This document shows positions 1 to 12,000 of a stretch of 64,000 nucleotides of DNA, one piece after another. Positions within the stretch are counted from its first letter, which is position 1; the number at the start of each line of letters is the position of its first letter. The position numbers and the translations under genes are program-made. The DNA lies in the NCBI GenBank assembly GCA_051294375.1, contig JBJCIZ010000028.1, positions 744,437 to 808,436 of the forward strand, written 5' to 3'. This DNA comes from Paraspadella gotoi. Lineage: Eukaryota; Animalia; Chaetognatha. The notes below the pieces were generated by a model. That model searched no databases, had not been told where the DNA came from, and saw only the letters and a program-made list of their open reading frames with translations.

Positions 1-342
1 ATGTAAACTCATTTCCACTTGCACGATTACATCGAAACTTAACATCCAGATCAATCACACACTTTCCTACCCACATACAAAATTTAATTCCAATCCAACT
101 ACCCAATCACGAGTAATTAGAGATTATTGATAAGGTAAGACGGACCTACAGACGGACGGACGGACATCATTTTTTTTGTGCATAATTTATCTTAATTCAA
201 GGTTCTGATATGATAATGATTTACCAACAAAATTTTGGGGTGGGACCGACAGACCGACAAAGTGAATTATAGAGTCTGAATCTGCGATAAGCAGATCCGA
301 CTAAAAGTGGTCAAAAGTTTTTTTTTAAACTTTTACATTATT
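1..342. repeat. Copy 1 of ~340 bp repeat containing a Helentron/HINE(DINE-1)-like end
   Basis: Near-identical to 1612-1951. Contains (GAC[GA])n-type microsatellite, GACCGACAGACCGAC and an imperfect hairpin agtctgaatctgc-gataa-gcagatccgact (273-302) followed by an A run. Ends at the N gap 343-352. Confidence 0.6.
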
Positions 343-691
343 NNNNNNNNNNTTTTCCTGCATTCTCTTTAAGGAATTTCAATGGCCAATTTGCGTTGAA
401 TTCGCGTCAATGTGCAACTAGTGGGTTGCTGCGCTTGCGCTGCATCTGACGCTTCCGACTGATCGCAGCAGATTGCGCGCGTACAACTAAACATTAAAAA
501 GAGTACAAAAAAAATCAAAAACATTTTTGAACAATTCAAAAGTGACAATACTAAAAATTGATATATACAAACAAGTTAAGTACAGATATCAAACAGCAAA
601 TAAACTAAATTTTAAAATAAAACTCGATTACTTATTTATTTTCCACTTTATATGAAACATTTAATAATATGCAACGCATGGTGTAAGTTAT

Positions 692-1544
692 TCATTTTTG
701 TGGTGCGAAAAAAGCACACCTCTGATTCGCCGCACAGTTTAAATGTTTGTTGGGGTCTATGATGCCTTGCATATGCTCAAAAAGGCCTTCTGCTTTATCA
801 ATCGCGTCTTTACTGGTGTTGCATGATTCCTTACTATGAAGACCAAATCTGACCATTTTGAAGATAGTGGTCCAAGCGACAGCCAACACTTTTTTACTTT
901 CAAAATAATACCTACACACCATCTGGTGGAGGCCTCGAGAAGGAAACAGTTTTTTTGTTCTGATTCCCTTCAGTTTCATTAGTTTGTCATTTAGCTCAAT
1001 TGCTCTTTTGTGGAGCAATTCAGCCTCTTCAGTCAGATCTTTGCTATTATCGAAATCAATGTCTGGCATTTTAGGTGTTTTAGTACCTTCTTTCCTCTCG
1101 TTAAAGTCAATGACGAGCGGATTGGGATCATCTGACAGGTTGAGCAATAAGTTGGCGTCAGCCACGTTACTGCGGTCATTCATATTTTTGTCCGTTTTCA
1201 CTAATTCGCCTTCTTCATCACAACTGTCATCTTTATGTTCTTCACCTCCAACAACTTGACATCCTTCACCATCCCCTCTTCCTTCACCCATTTTAACATC
1301 CCCCTACTAAATCAACTCCTTCTCCATCCTCTCTTCCTTCATCATCCCCACTTCCTCCACCAAATTTACCACCGCCTACCAAATTTTCTCCTTCGTCAGT
1401 CTCGCATCCTTTCCTAGTTTCACCTCTTTCAACAATTTCACCTCCTTCACCATCCCCGCATTCGCTGTGTTCATCTCCTCCGACGGCATAACTTCCGCCC
1501 AACCAGTTTTGCTCTAGCGCTAAAAATGATGCATTCTTACCCAA
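692..1544 (-). CDS. Orphan acidic G/E/D-rich ORF, split in two (1293-1544 and 692-1291) by one apparent indel
   Basis: Two adjacent ORFs of similar composition; a 1-nt change in the G5 run near 1299-1303 would fuse them. No recognisable domain; lacks the CpG-rich codon style of the host genes. Confidence 0.45.
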
Positions 1545-1611
1545 ACAAAAAATTTCATTTCAATTTATCAATCCGAAGTAAAAAAACTAAGTAAATGTGA
1601 CTCTTTTTTTC

Positions 1612-1951
1612 ATGTAAACTCATTTCCACTTGCACGATTACATCGAAACTTCACATCCAGATCAATCACACACTTTCCTACCCACACACAAAATTTAATT
1701 CCAATCCAACTTCCCAATCACGAGTAATTAGAGATTATTGATAAGGTAAGACGGACCTACAGACGGACGGACAGACATCATTTTTTTTTGCATAATTTAT
1801 CTTAATTCAAGGTTCTGATATGATAATGATTTACCAACAAAATTTTGGGGTGGGACCGACAGACCGACAAAGTGAATTATAGAGTCTGAATCTGCGATAA
1901 GCAGATCCGACTAAAAGTGGTCAAAAATTTTTTTAAAACTTTTACATTATT
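1612..1951. repeat. Copy 2 of the ~340 bp HINE-like repeat
   Basis: Direct repeat of 1-342 with few substitutions; hairpin at 1883-1912. Confidence 0.6.
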
Positions 1952-2449
1952 TTTTTAACAGTTGCACAGACGTTTACTCTTCCACTAAACGCATTTGTTA
2001 CCACAAAGTATTAGTTGACCTTATCTTTTAGGTTCATGAACATCAGGGATTCAAATAGATCAGGAATAATTTCAGGAAAATTTAAAGTATAATGTAAACG
2101 ATTCCTAATTAGCAAAAATGTGTCGATTTTTCAATCTATCAATACTAAAACAAAATACTTTAATCCAATTCTTTTTCACATTTTATCGTTTTCAAGCTCT
2201 TTGAATTGCTCGATGCGTGCTGTCGTCCCTTGCAAAATTAGTAAATGAGAACAAACGACTTTGCTATTGTGATTTTTTTGGTGAAGATGAGCAAGCACCA
2301 AGACATGAATGGTGTTCCCCCCCCTTTTATTTTTTTACGATTTGAAAAAAATAACAAAGCACCGGACTCTTGGGTGTTAGTATTTTGTGACATTCGGCGC
2401 TTACTCGACTTAAGCAGTGAATTAAAACAAAAAGATTTTCGATTTTGCT

Positions 2450-2959
2450 TCAAGAGATGAGGCGGATGTCCATTCGGTGGCGTCGTCGAAATCTGAGGAT
2501 GCCTCTAAATATATCGGCGGTAATGTCCCTCGTATGTGTCACCTGCCGCTGAACCATATTGGTGGGCTTGCTTCCCTCTCGACGCAAGTGAATACCGGTC
2601 ACGGCGATGCGGGGTTCGTTTTCTCCCATCCTCGTTCTCGCCTGGTAAATCCTCGTCATCCGCAGAAGATTTACACTCGTCCGACTGTGCCGAAGTGTTT
2701 GATCCCCTACGCCAAAACCGCCCCGCCTAAAGGAATTAGAAGTGGTTATGTTACATCCCCTTGGTTTGATAGTGGTGCTGTAGATTTTGATATGGAACAA
2801 AGCCTTCTCGCGTGGTCTACTTATACTGTTTCTGGTGGACCTTCTGGTTTGGATTATTCCACTTCAATATCTTACGATTATTCGATTTCCTTGACGTGCG
2901 AGTTCCGTGAATTTGTGTGCCATCCTTCGCAGATGCTTCTACTGGTTTACCAGTTTTAA
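2450..2959 (+). pseudogene. Endogenous circovirus/CRESS-DNA-virus-like capsid fragment (C-terminal part)
   Basis: Motif order SHPRSR..KIYTRPTVP..SPWFD..YSISLTCEFREF parallels circovirus Cap (SRYFTPKP..W..YNIRVTMYVQFREF). Intronless, T-rich third positions, no Arg-rich N-terminus and no ATG start. Confidence 0.6.
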
Positions 2960-3722
2960 AGTCTGAACCCGGTCAGTTAATTAATTTTTACTGGCAATCA
3001 AAAAACATTTATCAAAACATGTATACAGTCTCATCTTATACTGTGGCTCTCTAGTCGTAGGTTATTATATAAGAGCTCACATGCCGAAGGCATGTGCCAC
3101 CCGGAAATGTATACGGTCTCATAGAGGAAGAGGAGGATAATAAGTTTCGCCAGCGAGAATGAGGAAGAGGAAAGGAAACTATATGAAATAAACTACTCCC
3201 TTTCTTTGACAAGGTTAACGGTTAAACGGTCAAGTTTTTAGGTTGCGTGTTTTGAAAAAGTAAACCTAGAAATGGTAGTAAACCTATTATTGTATCAAGT
3301 TTATTCAATTTTCTTCTTTTATTGATTTTCATTTTATCCTTTTTTTTTTTAATATTTTCAGTGGGGTTCCTAAAACCAATTGTCTCGCATAAAACCTGGT
3401 TTTCCTGTATCCAATTAGGTTTTTCTGTATCCAAGTTGGTTTTTCATGTATCAAAGTTTGTCCCGGGTCCCTATTTTTTCTATCCGATTTTCATTGAGAT
3501 TTATAATTTGTTTCTTAATAGTAAATTTCATATAATTTAATACAATTAGCGTGAATTTACTTTTTGCCTTCATTTGCGTTTTTTTGTCGCATTCTCTTTG
3601 ACATTCTCTCGACTTTACAGCTCCTTGAAACCATGAGAGTAACGGATTTCTCAGAAATGCTCGTGAAGAGATTGGGCTAAAAACCGGAAACTCTCATCAG
3701 AGACACGCCTCTCGGTGGCGCC

Positions 3723-6700
3723 ATGGCTCGCCCGGAGATCGAATCCTCGGTTCAGATGCGTCTCTACACTTTGACCAAACGTCAGTTCATCGTCGTCTTT
3801 TCCCTTTTTCTTCTCGCCTTCGTTTTCTTCCTTCTCATCGGCGTCGCGGGACCGGACGTGATTCGCGACGCGGCGCTCAACGCCTCCTGCACGCGGCTCC
3901 GTCGCGGCGGAGACGGAGATTGCAGCGTCTGGCAGATGAAGACGCCTTCGTTGACGACGTAAGTTTGGGGGGAGGGGGAGAAAAGAGGATTGCCATTTTT
4001 AAACTATCTGCATTGCTCTTACACGAAGAAAATTTAGCCGAATTTGTTATTTAATTATTAAATTCAATGCTAATGCTTATCCGCTCGTTATATAATACAA
4101 TAATATAATATAAACTAAGTTCTAACCATTATCGAGTATCAATCACGATTATACTAAAATCCCTCGTACCCTTCAGTTACAACCAACAGCTCTGGCTGAC
4201 GGCGTCGCTCAAGCTGGCCGCCTCGCCAGGCGCCACCGCCGACGCCTTCGTCAAGCGACTCGAAGTCGGCGTCGACGTCCTCCCGATTTACGCCTTCAGG
4301 GAGATGAAGACGGGATTCGCCGACGACGCCACCTTTCAATACAATCGAACGCGGAAACTCTCGTGCGATGGAGGAAGGTTGGTTCGATGGGTGGGATTGG
4401 GCGAGTTTAAGGGGTGAGATGGGGCGAGTTAAAGGGGTGAGATGTGGCAGAAGTTTAAGGGGTGAGATGGGGCGAGTTATAAGGGGTGAGATGGGGCGAG
4501 TTTTAAGGGGTGAGATGGGGCGAGTTTAAGGGGTGAGATGGGGCAAGTTAAAGGGGTAGTATAGAGCGAGAGTTAATCCCTGATAGCAGTTAGTCACTCA
4601 CCTTTACATCGTGATTTGTCTCGACTTATGCCTATATGTAATTAAAAAGAGTCATCCGCAACGGTTTCATCGGCTCCGCAGTCCGCAGCCGTGATCTCCC
4701 GCACCGTCGTATTCGGCGATTTGAAAATTTAAATTTTAAAAACCCTCGCCATCTCCGCCTCTCATCCAACCCTCCCCCCTATTCTCCCCACCCCCCCGCC
4801 CACCCACAGCTGCGACGATCTGGTCGTCCTCCACATGAGCTTCCTCGACGCCAGCGCCTACCTCGTCCGCGTCTCTCTCGAGGGTCTCGAGTCGCTCGAC
4901 GTCGCGGGGGTCGTCTTCCGGCTCGAGACCTTCAACCCCGCCTTCACCGAGCTCGAGATTTGGATGAGGGTCATTTTTCTATTTCTCAGGTGATATTTTT
5001 TTTTTTAGTGTGGGGAGTGAGGCTAGTTTGACTGAATTGATTGGATAGTATTGATTTGATTTGAATTGATTTGATTTGATTTGTTTGGATTGATTTGTGA
5101 AGGGGGAGGGTGTCTCGATGGAAAGTTCAATCTCCTGAATGTAGCAAATAATATACACTTATCCATCATCTATAATCCATAACGAATATTATTTTATTTA
5201 ACAAAAAGTAATATTTCCCCCCCCCCCTTCGACAACCCCAATCCCATAGTTTCGCCGTCAGCTGTTGGTTCGTGCAATCCATGAAAAAGTTCGCCTTCCG
5301 CGATTGGAGTTTGGAGCAGAGATTCCTCGCCCTCCTCCTCCCCCTCCTCCTCTTCTACAACAACCCCGTCTTCCCCCTCAATTTTCTGACGAGCAGCTGG
5401 CTGCCCGGGACGCTCGACGGGTTTTTCCAGGTTTTGACGGAGAGTTTGGGGGGGGGTTTGGACGTTGGAGCGTACTTATGATTTATGATCATTATTTTGT
5501 GATACCTTTTGATTATCATTTGCTTTTATTTGCATTGTTTTCAAGTCCGAGTATCGTGCCATTTTTTATATATTTGTTTATTAATATATTGTTTTGTGGT
5601 CTTGGGTCGGTATTGTGGGTTTGGGATTGGGGTTGGAGTTTAGATTAGTGTCGTTGGGATCGTTTAATTCAATTTCAATATATCTCTTTTTACTTCCACC
5701 TTCTCCTGCCACGTCCCACTTTTTCTTCTTTCCTTTCTACACATCTCTCTCTCTCGTTTTCTTCCTTCTTTACTTTCTACACATCTCTCTCTCTCTTTTT
5801 CTTCCTTCTTACTTTCTACACGATCTCTCTTTCGTTTTCTTCCTTCTTTTTTTTTTCTGCACATCTCTCTCTCTCGTTTCTTCCTTCTTTCCTTTCTACA
5901 CATCTCTCTTTCGTTTTCTTCCTTCTTTCCTTTCTACACATCTCTCTTTCGTTTTCTTCCTTCTTTCCTTTCTACACATCTCTCTCTTTCTACTTCTCTC
6001 TTTTTTTACTCTACCCTCTCTTTCTCTCTCATCTCTCTCTCACTCCCTCTCACTCCCTCTCAGGCGTCTTTTCTCTGCTCTTTGTTGTTGTTCTGGATCG
6101 CGTCTACCACCGGTATCCGCGTCAACGAGCGTCACTTCCTCTCCTTCTTCGCGCCTAAACTCGCCATCGTCGGTCCGTTTATTAAGTTTTTGTTTCGTTT
6201 ATGTAATGTTTAAGGTAAAAAATAATACAAACAATGAAGGGAAACAAATCCATATTTCACCGGCACGTATTTCGGACAAGTCGGTAGCTTATGATTTTTT
6301 TTTTTTTTTTAATATTACTGCCTTTAATTAAATAGTTACGCCTCATTCGCTCCCATCTCTTCATTCCAATCCTATACGCAAATGAGATCCTAGGATCCTG
6401 ATCGCTTCTGAATCCCGACCAAAGAACCCCAAGTCACAATACTAATCATTTCCTCGTCTCTCCCCCTCCTCTTCCCCCTCCCCCCCTCCCAAAAGGCCTC
6501 CTCTGGCTCTCCTCCTTCGTCCTCTCCACCTGGCGCGTCCGCAATTCCCTCCGCGACCCGACCTTCTCTCTCTCCGTCGACGCCGCCTCCGACTTTTCCT
6601 CCTTCCGCGTCTTCCTCTTCGTCGTCGTCGCCGTCTACGTCCTCTATCTCGCTTACCTCCTCGTCCGCGCCTTCGCCGAGTTCAAGTCCGTTCCTTACGT

Positions 6701-8083
6701 CGATCTGCGGCTCAAGTTTTTGACGCTGCTCATGGCCATCGTTATGGGGGTCTCGCTCGCCGTTTTCGTGATGAGGTTGGTCGGGGAAGGGTGAAGGGTT
6801 TTTTGGGTGTTTGAAGACTGTCCGTCTTGATTCCACTAGATTCTAGAGTTAATCGATACTTTCGACGCTTTTGGGTGCGAGTCTCTTTTTGTTGTTGTTA
6901 TTGTTTGTAGAAGAAATTAAAATAAAAAAAGCCGAAGTGTCCCCTAGTTGGTAACTGTATACAACTGTACAAATCCTGATCTGAAAAAGAAATTAATCCC
7001 ATTTTTTTTTTGAGGCATGAATTCTGGTAGTTTGTATATTGTAAATTTTTTGTATCTGATTCGGTTTTTTATACCAGAGTTAAATTATTCGAATGAGCAG
7101 CAAAGAAGTTGTCGTGACTTTGACAAACTTTTATCGACTTCCCCCGTTCCTCCATGCCCCCACCTCCTTTCTTCCCCCCATGCCCCCCACACTCCCTTTC
7201 CTTCTCCCCATGCCCCCCACTCCCTTTCCTTCCCCCTCATGCCCCCCCCTCACTTTCCTTCCCCCCATGCCCCCTCCATTCTTCCCCCGTGCCCCCACTC
7301 CATTTCCTTCCCCCCCGTGCCCCCACTCCCTTTCCTTTCCTTTCCTTTCCTTTCCTTTCCTTTCCTTTCCTTTCCTTTCTTCCTTTCCTTTCCTTTCTTC
7401 CTTTCCTTCCTTTCCCACTCCTTTTCACCCCACTTTTTTCAGAATTCGGTTCGACGACGTTGGAGGACACTTTCGTCTCTGAACTCTCTTCCAATTATCG
7501 CAATTCCGCGGAATTTCTCGCCTTTTACAGGTGCGGGGATTAGTTTAGTATAGATTAGTTTAGCTATAAATCAATCAATCAATCCTCTTCTCCCCCTTTT
7601 CCAGTCTTCTCAACCTCTACGTCTTCTTGATGTCCTACGTCTACTCGCCATCCAAGCACGCCGCCTATCAGACTCACTTCCGCGACAACCCGACCATGTC
7701 GATGATCGCCGGGACCGACGACGAAGAGGAAGAGGTTTGTAGCCTCAATCTCATTTGCATATTGTCGTATTTTGAAAGGCTCTTCGGAACGTTCTCTTTT
7801 ATCAGCTTCTTGGTTTAATATTGTTATTTTACGCTGGCAAATGATCCTCGCATCCCCCATTCAGGATTACGACGACGACGAAGACGACGACGTCGTCTAC
7901 GAGGACGATCGCCATAAGAAATCCGGACGGAAGTCGAGCGGAGGGAAGAAGGGGGAGGGAAAGAAGGGGAAGAAGAAAGGCGGGGTGGTGGTGGGGGGAA
8001 AGAGGACGAAGAGGCTCATCGATTACGGGGCGAGCGACGAGGAAGATCTCTTTCACATGGATTATTCCGGGGTTCCCTTTTGA
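3723..8083 (+). CDS. TMEM181: Transmembrane protein 181 (9 exons)
   Basis: MRLYTLTKRQFIVVF N-terminus, WSLEQRFLALLLPLLLFYNNPVFPL, YVYSPSK..HFRDNPTMSM. GT-AG exons approx. 3723-3957, 4177-4377, 4810-4989, 5250-5430, 6064-6171, 6496-6775, 7443-7529, 7604-7734, 7865-8083. Confidence 0.9.
4402..4558. repeat. G-rich ~21-23 bp minisatellite (ggggcgagtttaaggggtgagat) at intron 5' end
   Basis: About 7 tandem copies visible. Confidence 0.9.
5720..6060. repeat. Pyrimidine-rich ~33 bp minisatellite at intron 3' end
   Basis: Repeats of tttctacacatctctctctcgttttcttccttct. Confidence 0.85.
7140..7435. repeat. C-rich minisatellite plus (TTTCC)n at intron 3' end
   Basis: Repeats of catgccccccactccctttccttc, then (tttcc)n. 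Confidence 0.85.
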
Positions 8084-8139
8084 ACCTCCTTTCCCCTCTT
8101 TCTTTTTTAGTTTTAGGAAAGAAAGATTGATTTGGACCT

Positions 8140-8201
8140 TCTTCTCTTCTCTTCTCTTCTCTTCTCTTCTCTTCTCTTCTCTTCTCTTCTCTTCTCTTCT
8201 C
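8140..8201. repeat. (CTCTT)n microsatellite in TMEM181 3' region
   Basis: About 12 perfect pentamers. Confidence 0.95.
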
Positions 8202-9093
8202 AGTAGTTAAATCTTATATTTTTATCTTGCCCTCGGCTCTTTTCATTCTGTAATTTTTACTTTTTTATTTATTTATTGTCTCCTTTTCTTTCTACTTGCT
8301 AGTATTTGTTTCCTCTTCCTTATTTTCTCGTTTAAGTCGTGATTTTTCCTTAAAACTTCCATTTCAACTGTTTGTTAAACTACTTGAAAGGTATAAACAT
8401 TTGCTTCCATGATTACTTTACTTGGTACACGGTTAACTTAATCTATTAGTGCAAAGACTGGGAAAGGACGAAATATTACATATTTAGCAGCGTTTGTCGT
8501 CATTCGCCACCTTCCGTACAAAGGTCCATTTGCATTCCCTGTATTTAATTTTTAACAGTATTTTTCTTATGCGCGGTTTACATGCTTGTTAAATTTAACT
8601 CGGTGATGGTGTTTTATTTTTATACAGATTCCACTACGCCTTTTACTAATATTTTTTCCTCTGGGTTTTTGTTTATAATTTTCTAGTCTATTTACCTGCT
8701 TCGATAATGTTGCCGATATATTTTTTTTTTTACCCTTTTGTTGTTTTTTGTATGACTACATATCGTTAAAGCTTCTCATGCGAAATAACTAAGCAATGTC
8801 GAACCCTGCGTCCGAAATTCTCACTTATAAATGTCGCGGTTTCGGAGGAACCAATTCATTTAAAGATCTCCCCCTTTTCCCCATTTAACCCCAAACTGTT
8901 TCTCGGTGTCTTTCGGTTTGTTTTTTTTTGGTCCAGATTTTTTGACTTTCGCTCTTTCACGTTTCAGATTTCGATTCGGGTGACAAAAAGAATGAGAGTC
9001 GTTCCCGCCATTCCGACTCGATAATTTTTTCGGAATGGCGTGACATTTTATTCTAAATGGCGAAAAATTGACGCCCACTTAATTATAAGAAAA

Positions 9094-12000
9094 ATGTCGA
9101 AGTCGAGGAAGGACCATCGGGGCGGCGGCGTCGGCAGCTCTGTCCCCGCCGCCGAGCCGCACCGACAACCTCGTCGCCGACCCTTCAAAATCGTCCACCA
9201 GCTTCTCTGCGTGAACAGCATCAACTTTCAGCGGAGGTCTCTCCACGGGCTGGTGGAGTTGACGGTGTCTCCGTTGCGGTCCGACTTGCGAAAGATCAGA
9301 CTCAATTGCAAGCAGTGCAAACTGTTTGGGATCACGGTCAACGACGCTTACGAGGTAAAGAAACTACGAATTTCTTTTTAGTTTACTAATATATTATATT
9401 ACTACTATTATACTTTTATTTTCTTTAAGGCCAACTTTACCTACAGCGATCTCACGCTCGAAGTTTGTCAGAGCGACCAACGACGACGCAACCTCGACTA
9501 TTACTACTCATCACTCGCCTCGGCAATTCGGTGAGGAGGTTCTCATTCCTCGTTCTTCCTCATTTCGATCCCTAATCATTAGAGCGTTCAAAGATAACAA
9601 AATATAAGATATTTAATTTCATTCATTATTGATTTTAATGTAATACGGTCTGAAGAATTCGATGATGATAACCATTTTTTGGTATAGTTTCATCTTCCTT
9701 GTCGCCAATGGCGATTTTTGAAGCATATAAGTTGCTATTAAAATGGCGCAACCATTGTAGAGTATGAGAAATTAAAATTATTAAAATTTTATAAAATTTA
9801 TATTTAGCTTATATAATATGAAAATAAAGACCCATAAAAATATTTCGGTAAGTTTATTTATAAATTTTATTAACAGCTTGTTAGCTATATTTATTAATAA
9901 TTAGTAGTTAAAAATAGGCTAAAGTGAAAAAATAAATATTTTGAAATTTTAAAACCAGATTTGAATCCCTTGCAAAAAGTTGATATAAGAAAGTAAAATC
10001 TATTTTAACAAATTCTTTCATTAAGTTGGTTAAAAATGTTAAAAACTATTATTTTTGTTTAATTTTACCATTTTTAGCTTAAAATTATAGTTTTTTTAAA
10101 TTTTGACTAACTTAATGGCATAATTTTTAAATAAAAATTATATTTTCTTATATCAACTTTTTGCAAGGAATGCGATTCCGGGATAAAAATTGTTAAATTA
10201 TTATTTTTTATTTATTATTTATTATTTATTATTTATAATTATTAATAAATATAGCTAACTTACTTTTATTAAAACATAAAATTGAGAAATAAATTTACCA
10301 AAATATTTTTATAGGTCTTTATTTTTATATTTCAAAAGCTCATGTAAATTTTTTAAAAATTTAATAATTTGATTTATCATAACTTATAATGTTTGCCATT
10401 AACATGTTATATACATTAAAAATCGTCATTTCCGACAAGAAAGATGAAATTATACAAAAAAATGGTCATCACCATCGAATTCTTCAGACCTTATTACAGT
10501 AAAATAATTATGAATGGAATTTAATATCTTATTTTGTTATATTTGAACGCTCTACTAATCATGTAGACTTGGTAAAGATTGAAGGGTACTGCTTTGTAAT
10601 ACTTTCTCATTACAAAAGTAAAAGTAATGAAATCAAAGTCTAGTGACACCACTAAATTAATTGACAATTGTCTTAAAGAAATAAAGACAAATGACAACTT
10701 AAACGATTCCGTTCAGAACAGTGGATCCCGACAACGCCTCGGGCGAGTTGACGATCCGCCTTCCGCCCGAACTCCAGCCGGTCGTCGCGGAACTCTGTCC
10801 CTTCAAGATCACCATCGAGTTCGCCGTGGAAAAACCAGAAGGTAAAAAATGGATGAACGACGCGTAAAATTTTGTTAATAATTCATTCTTTACCATACTT
10901 CCCCCACACACCTCCGATCCAGGCGGCGTCCAATTCGTTGTCCCCGACGGCGACGCGGGCGAAACGATGGCCGAGCGCGGCGCCCACGTCTTCACCACGA
11001 GTCACGAGAATTCCGCGCGGCTCTGCTTCCCCTGCGTCGATTCCTACGGAGAACCCTGCACCTGGAGGATCGAACTCACCGTCGACGCCGAGATGACGGC
11101 AGGTGCGGTCAGGCGGTGGGAAGGAGTGACACTTCATCAGTACTTTTGAATTAACAGACAATTTCAAATTATTGTTACTAATTTATTTCTTTTATTTCTT
11201 AAGTTTGCCTATATTTCGTATGAGAAACAAATATAGAAAGAAAGAACTAAACTAAGCAATCCACTTTTCCTCCCTTCCACCCAGTCTCCTGCGGCGACCT
11301 TCTCGAGACCGTCTACACTTCGGACCTTCGACGCAAAACCTTTCACTACGCGTTGACGACGCCGACGGCGGCGCCCAACGTCGCCTTCGCCGTCGGACCC
11401 TTCGAGATCCTCGTCGATCCCCACATGCACGAGGTCACCCACTTTTGTCTCCCGCGTCTCATGCCCATTCTCAAGAACACCGTCCAGAATCTCCATCAGG
11501 TCATAGATACTAGGGTTTCCTTCATTTTCTTTTCTTTTCTCGTTTTTTTCCTTTTTCCTTTCTATTTTCGTCTCTTCTCTTCTCATCTATAATCTCTTTC
11601 TTTCTTTCTTTATTTTTTTCTTTCATTCTTTCTTTCTATCTATCTATTTTTGTCTCCACTCTTCTCTTATCAATTATCTATTTTTTTATTTATTTGTCTG
11701 TAATTTTGAATCAAGTAATAATCAGACATTGATGAGCGAGGTTTTTCCCTCTCTTTCTCACGACGAGAGTTCATGTCCAACAGTTGAAATTTCCTCTCCC
11801 CCCCCAGGCCTTCGAGTTCTACGAAGAGCTCCTCTCTTGCCGCTATCCCTACAACTGCTACAAACAAGTCTTCGTTGATCAAGCCTACGCGGAATCCTCG
11901 AGCTACGCGACGATGACCGTCTTCACCACGAACATCTTGCATCCTCCGCGGGTTATCGACCAAGTCCCCACCTCGCAGAAGATCATGGCGCAGGTTGTTG

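Noticed and set aside
1-1951. LTR pair flanking the orphan ORF
   Set aside because: No TG..CA ends, PBS or PPT; the first copy is cut by the window edge and an N gap, so overlap artefact or tandem repeat is more likely.
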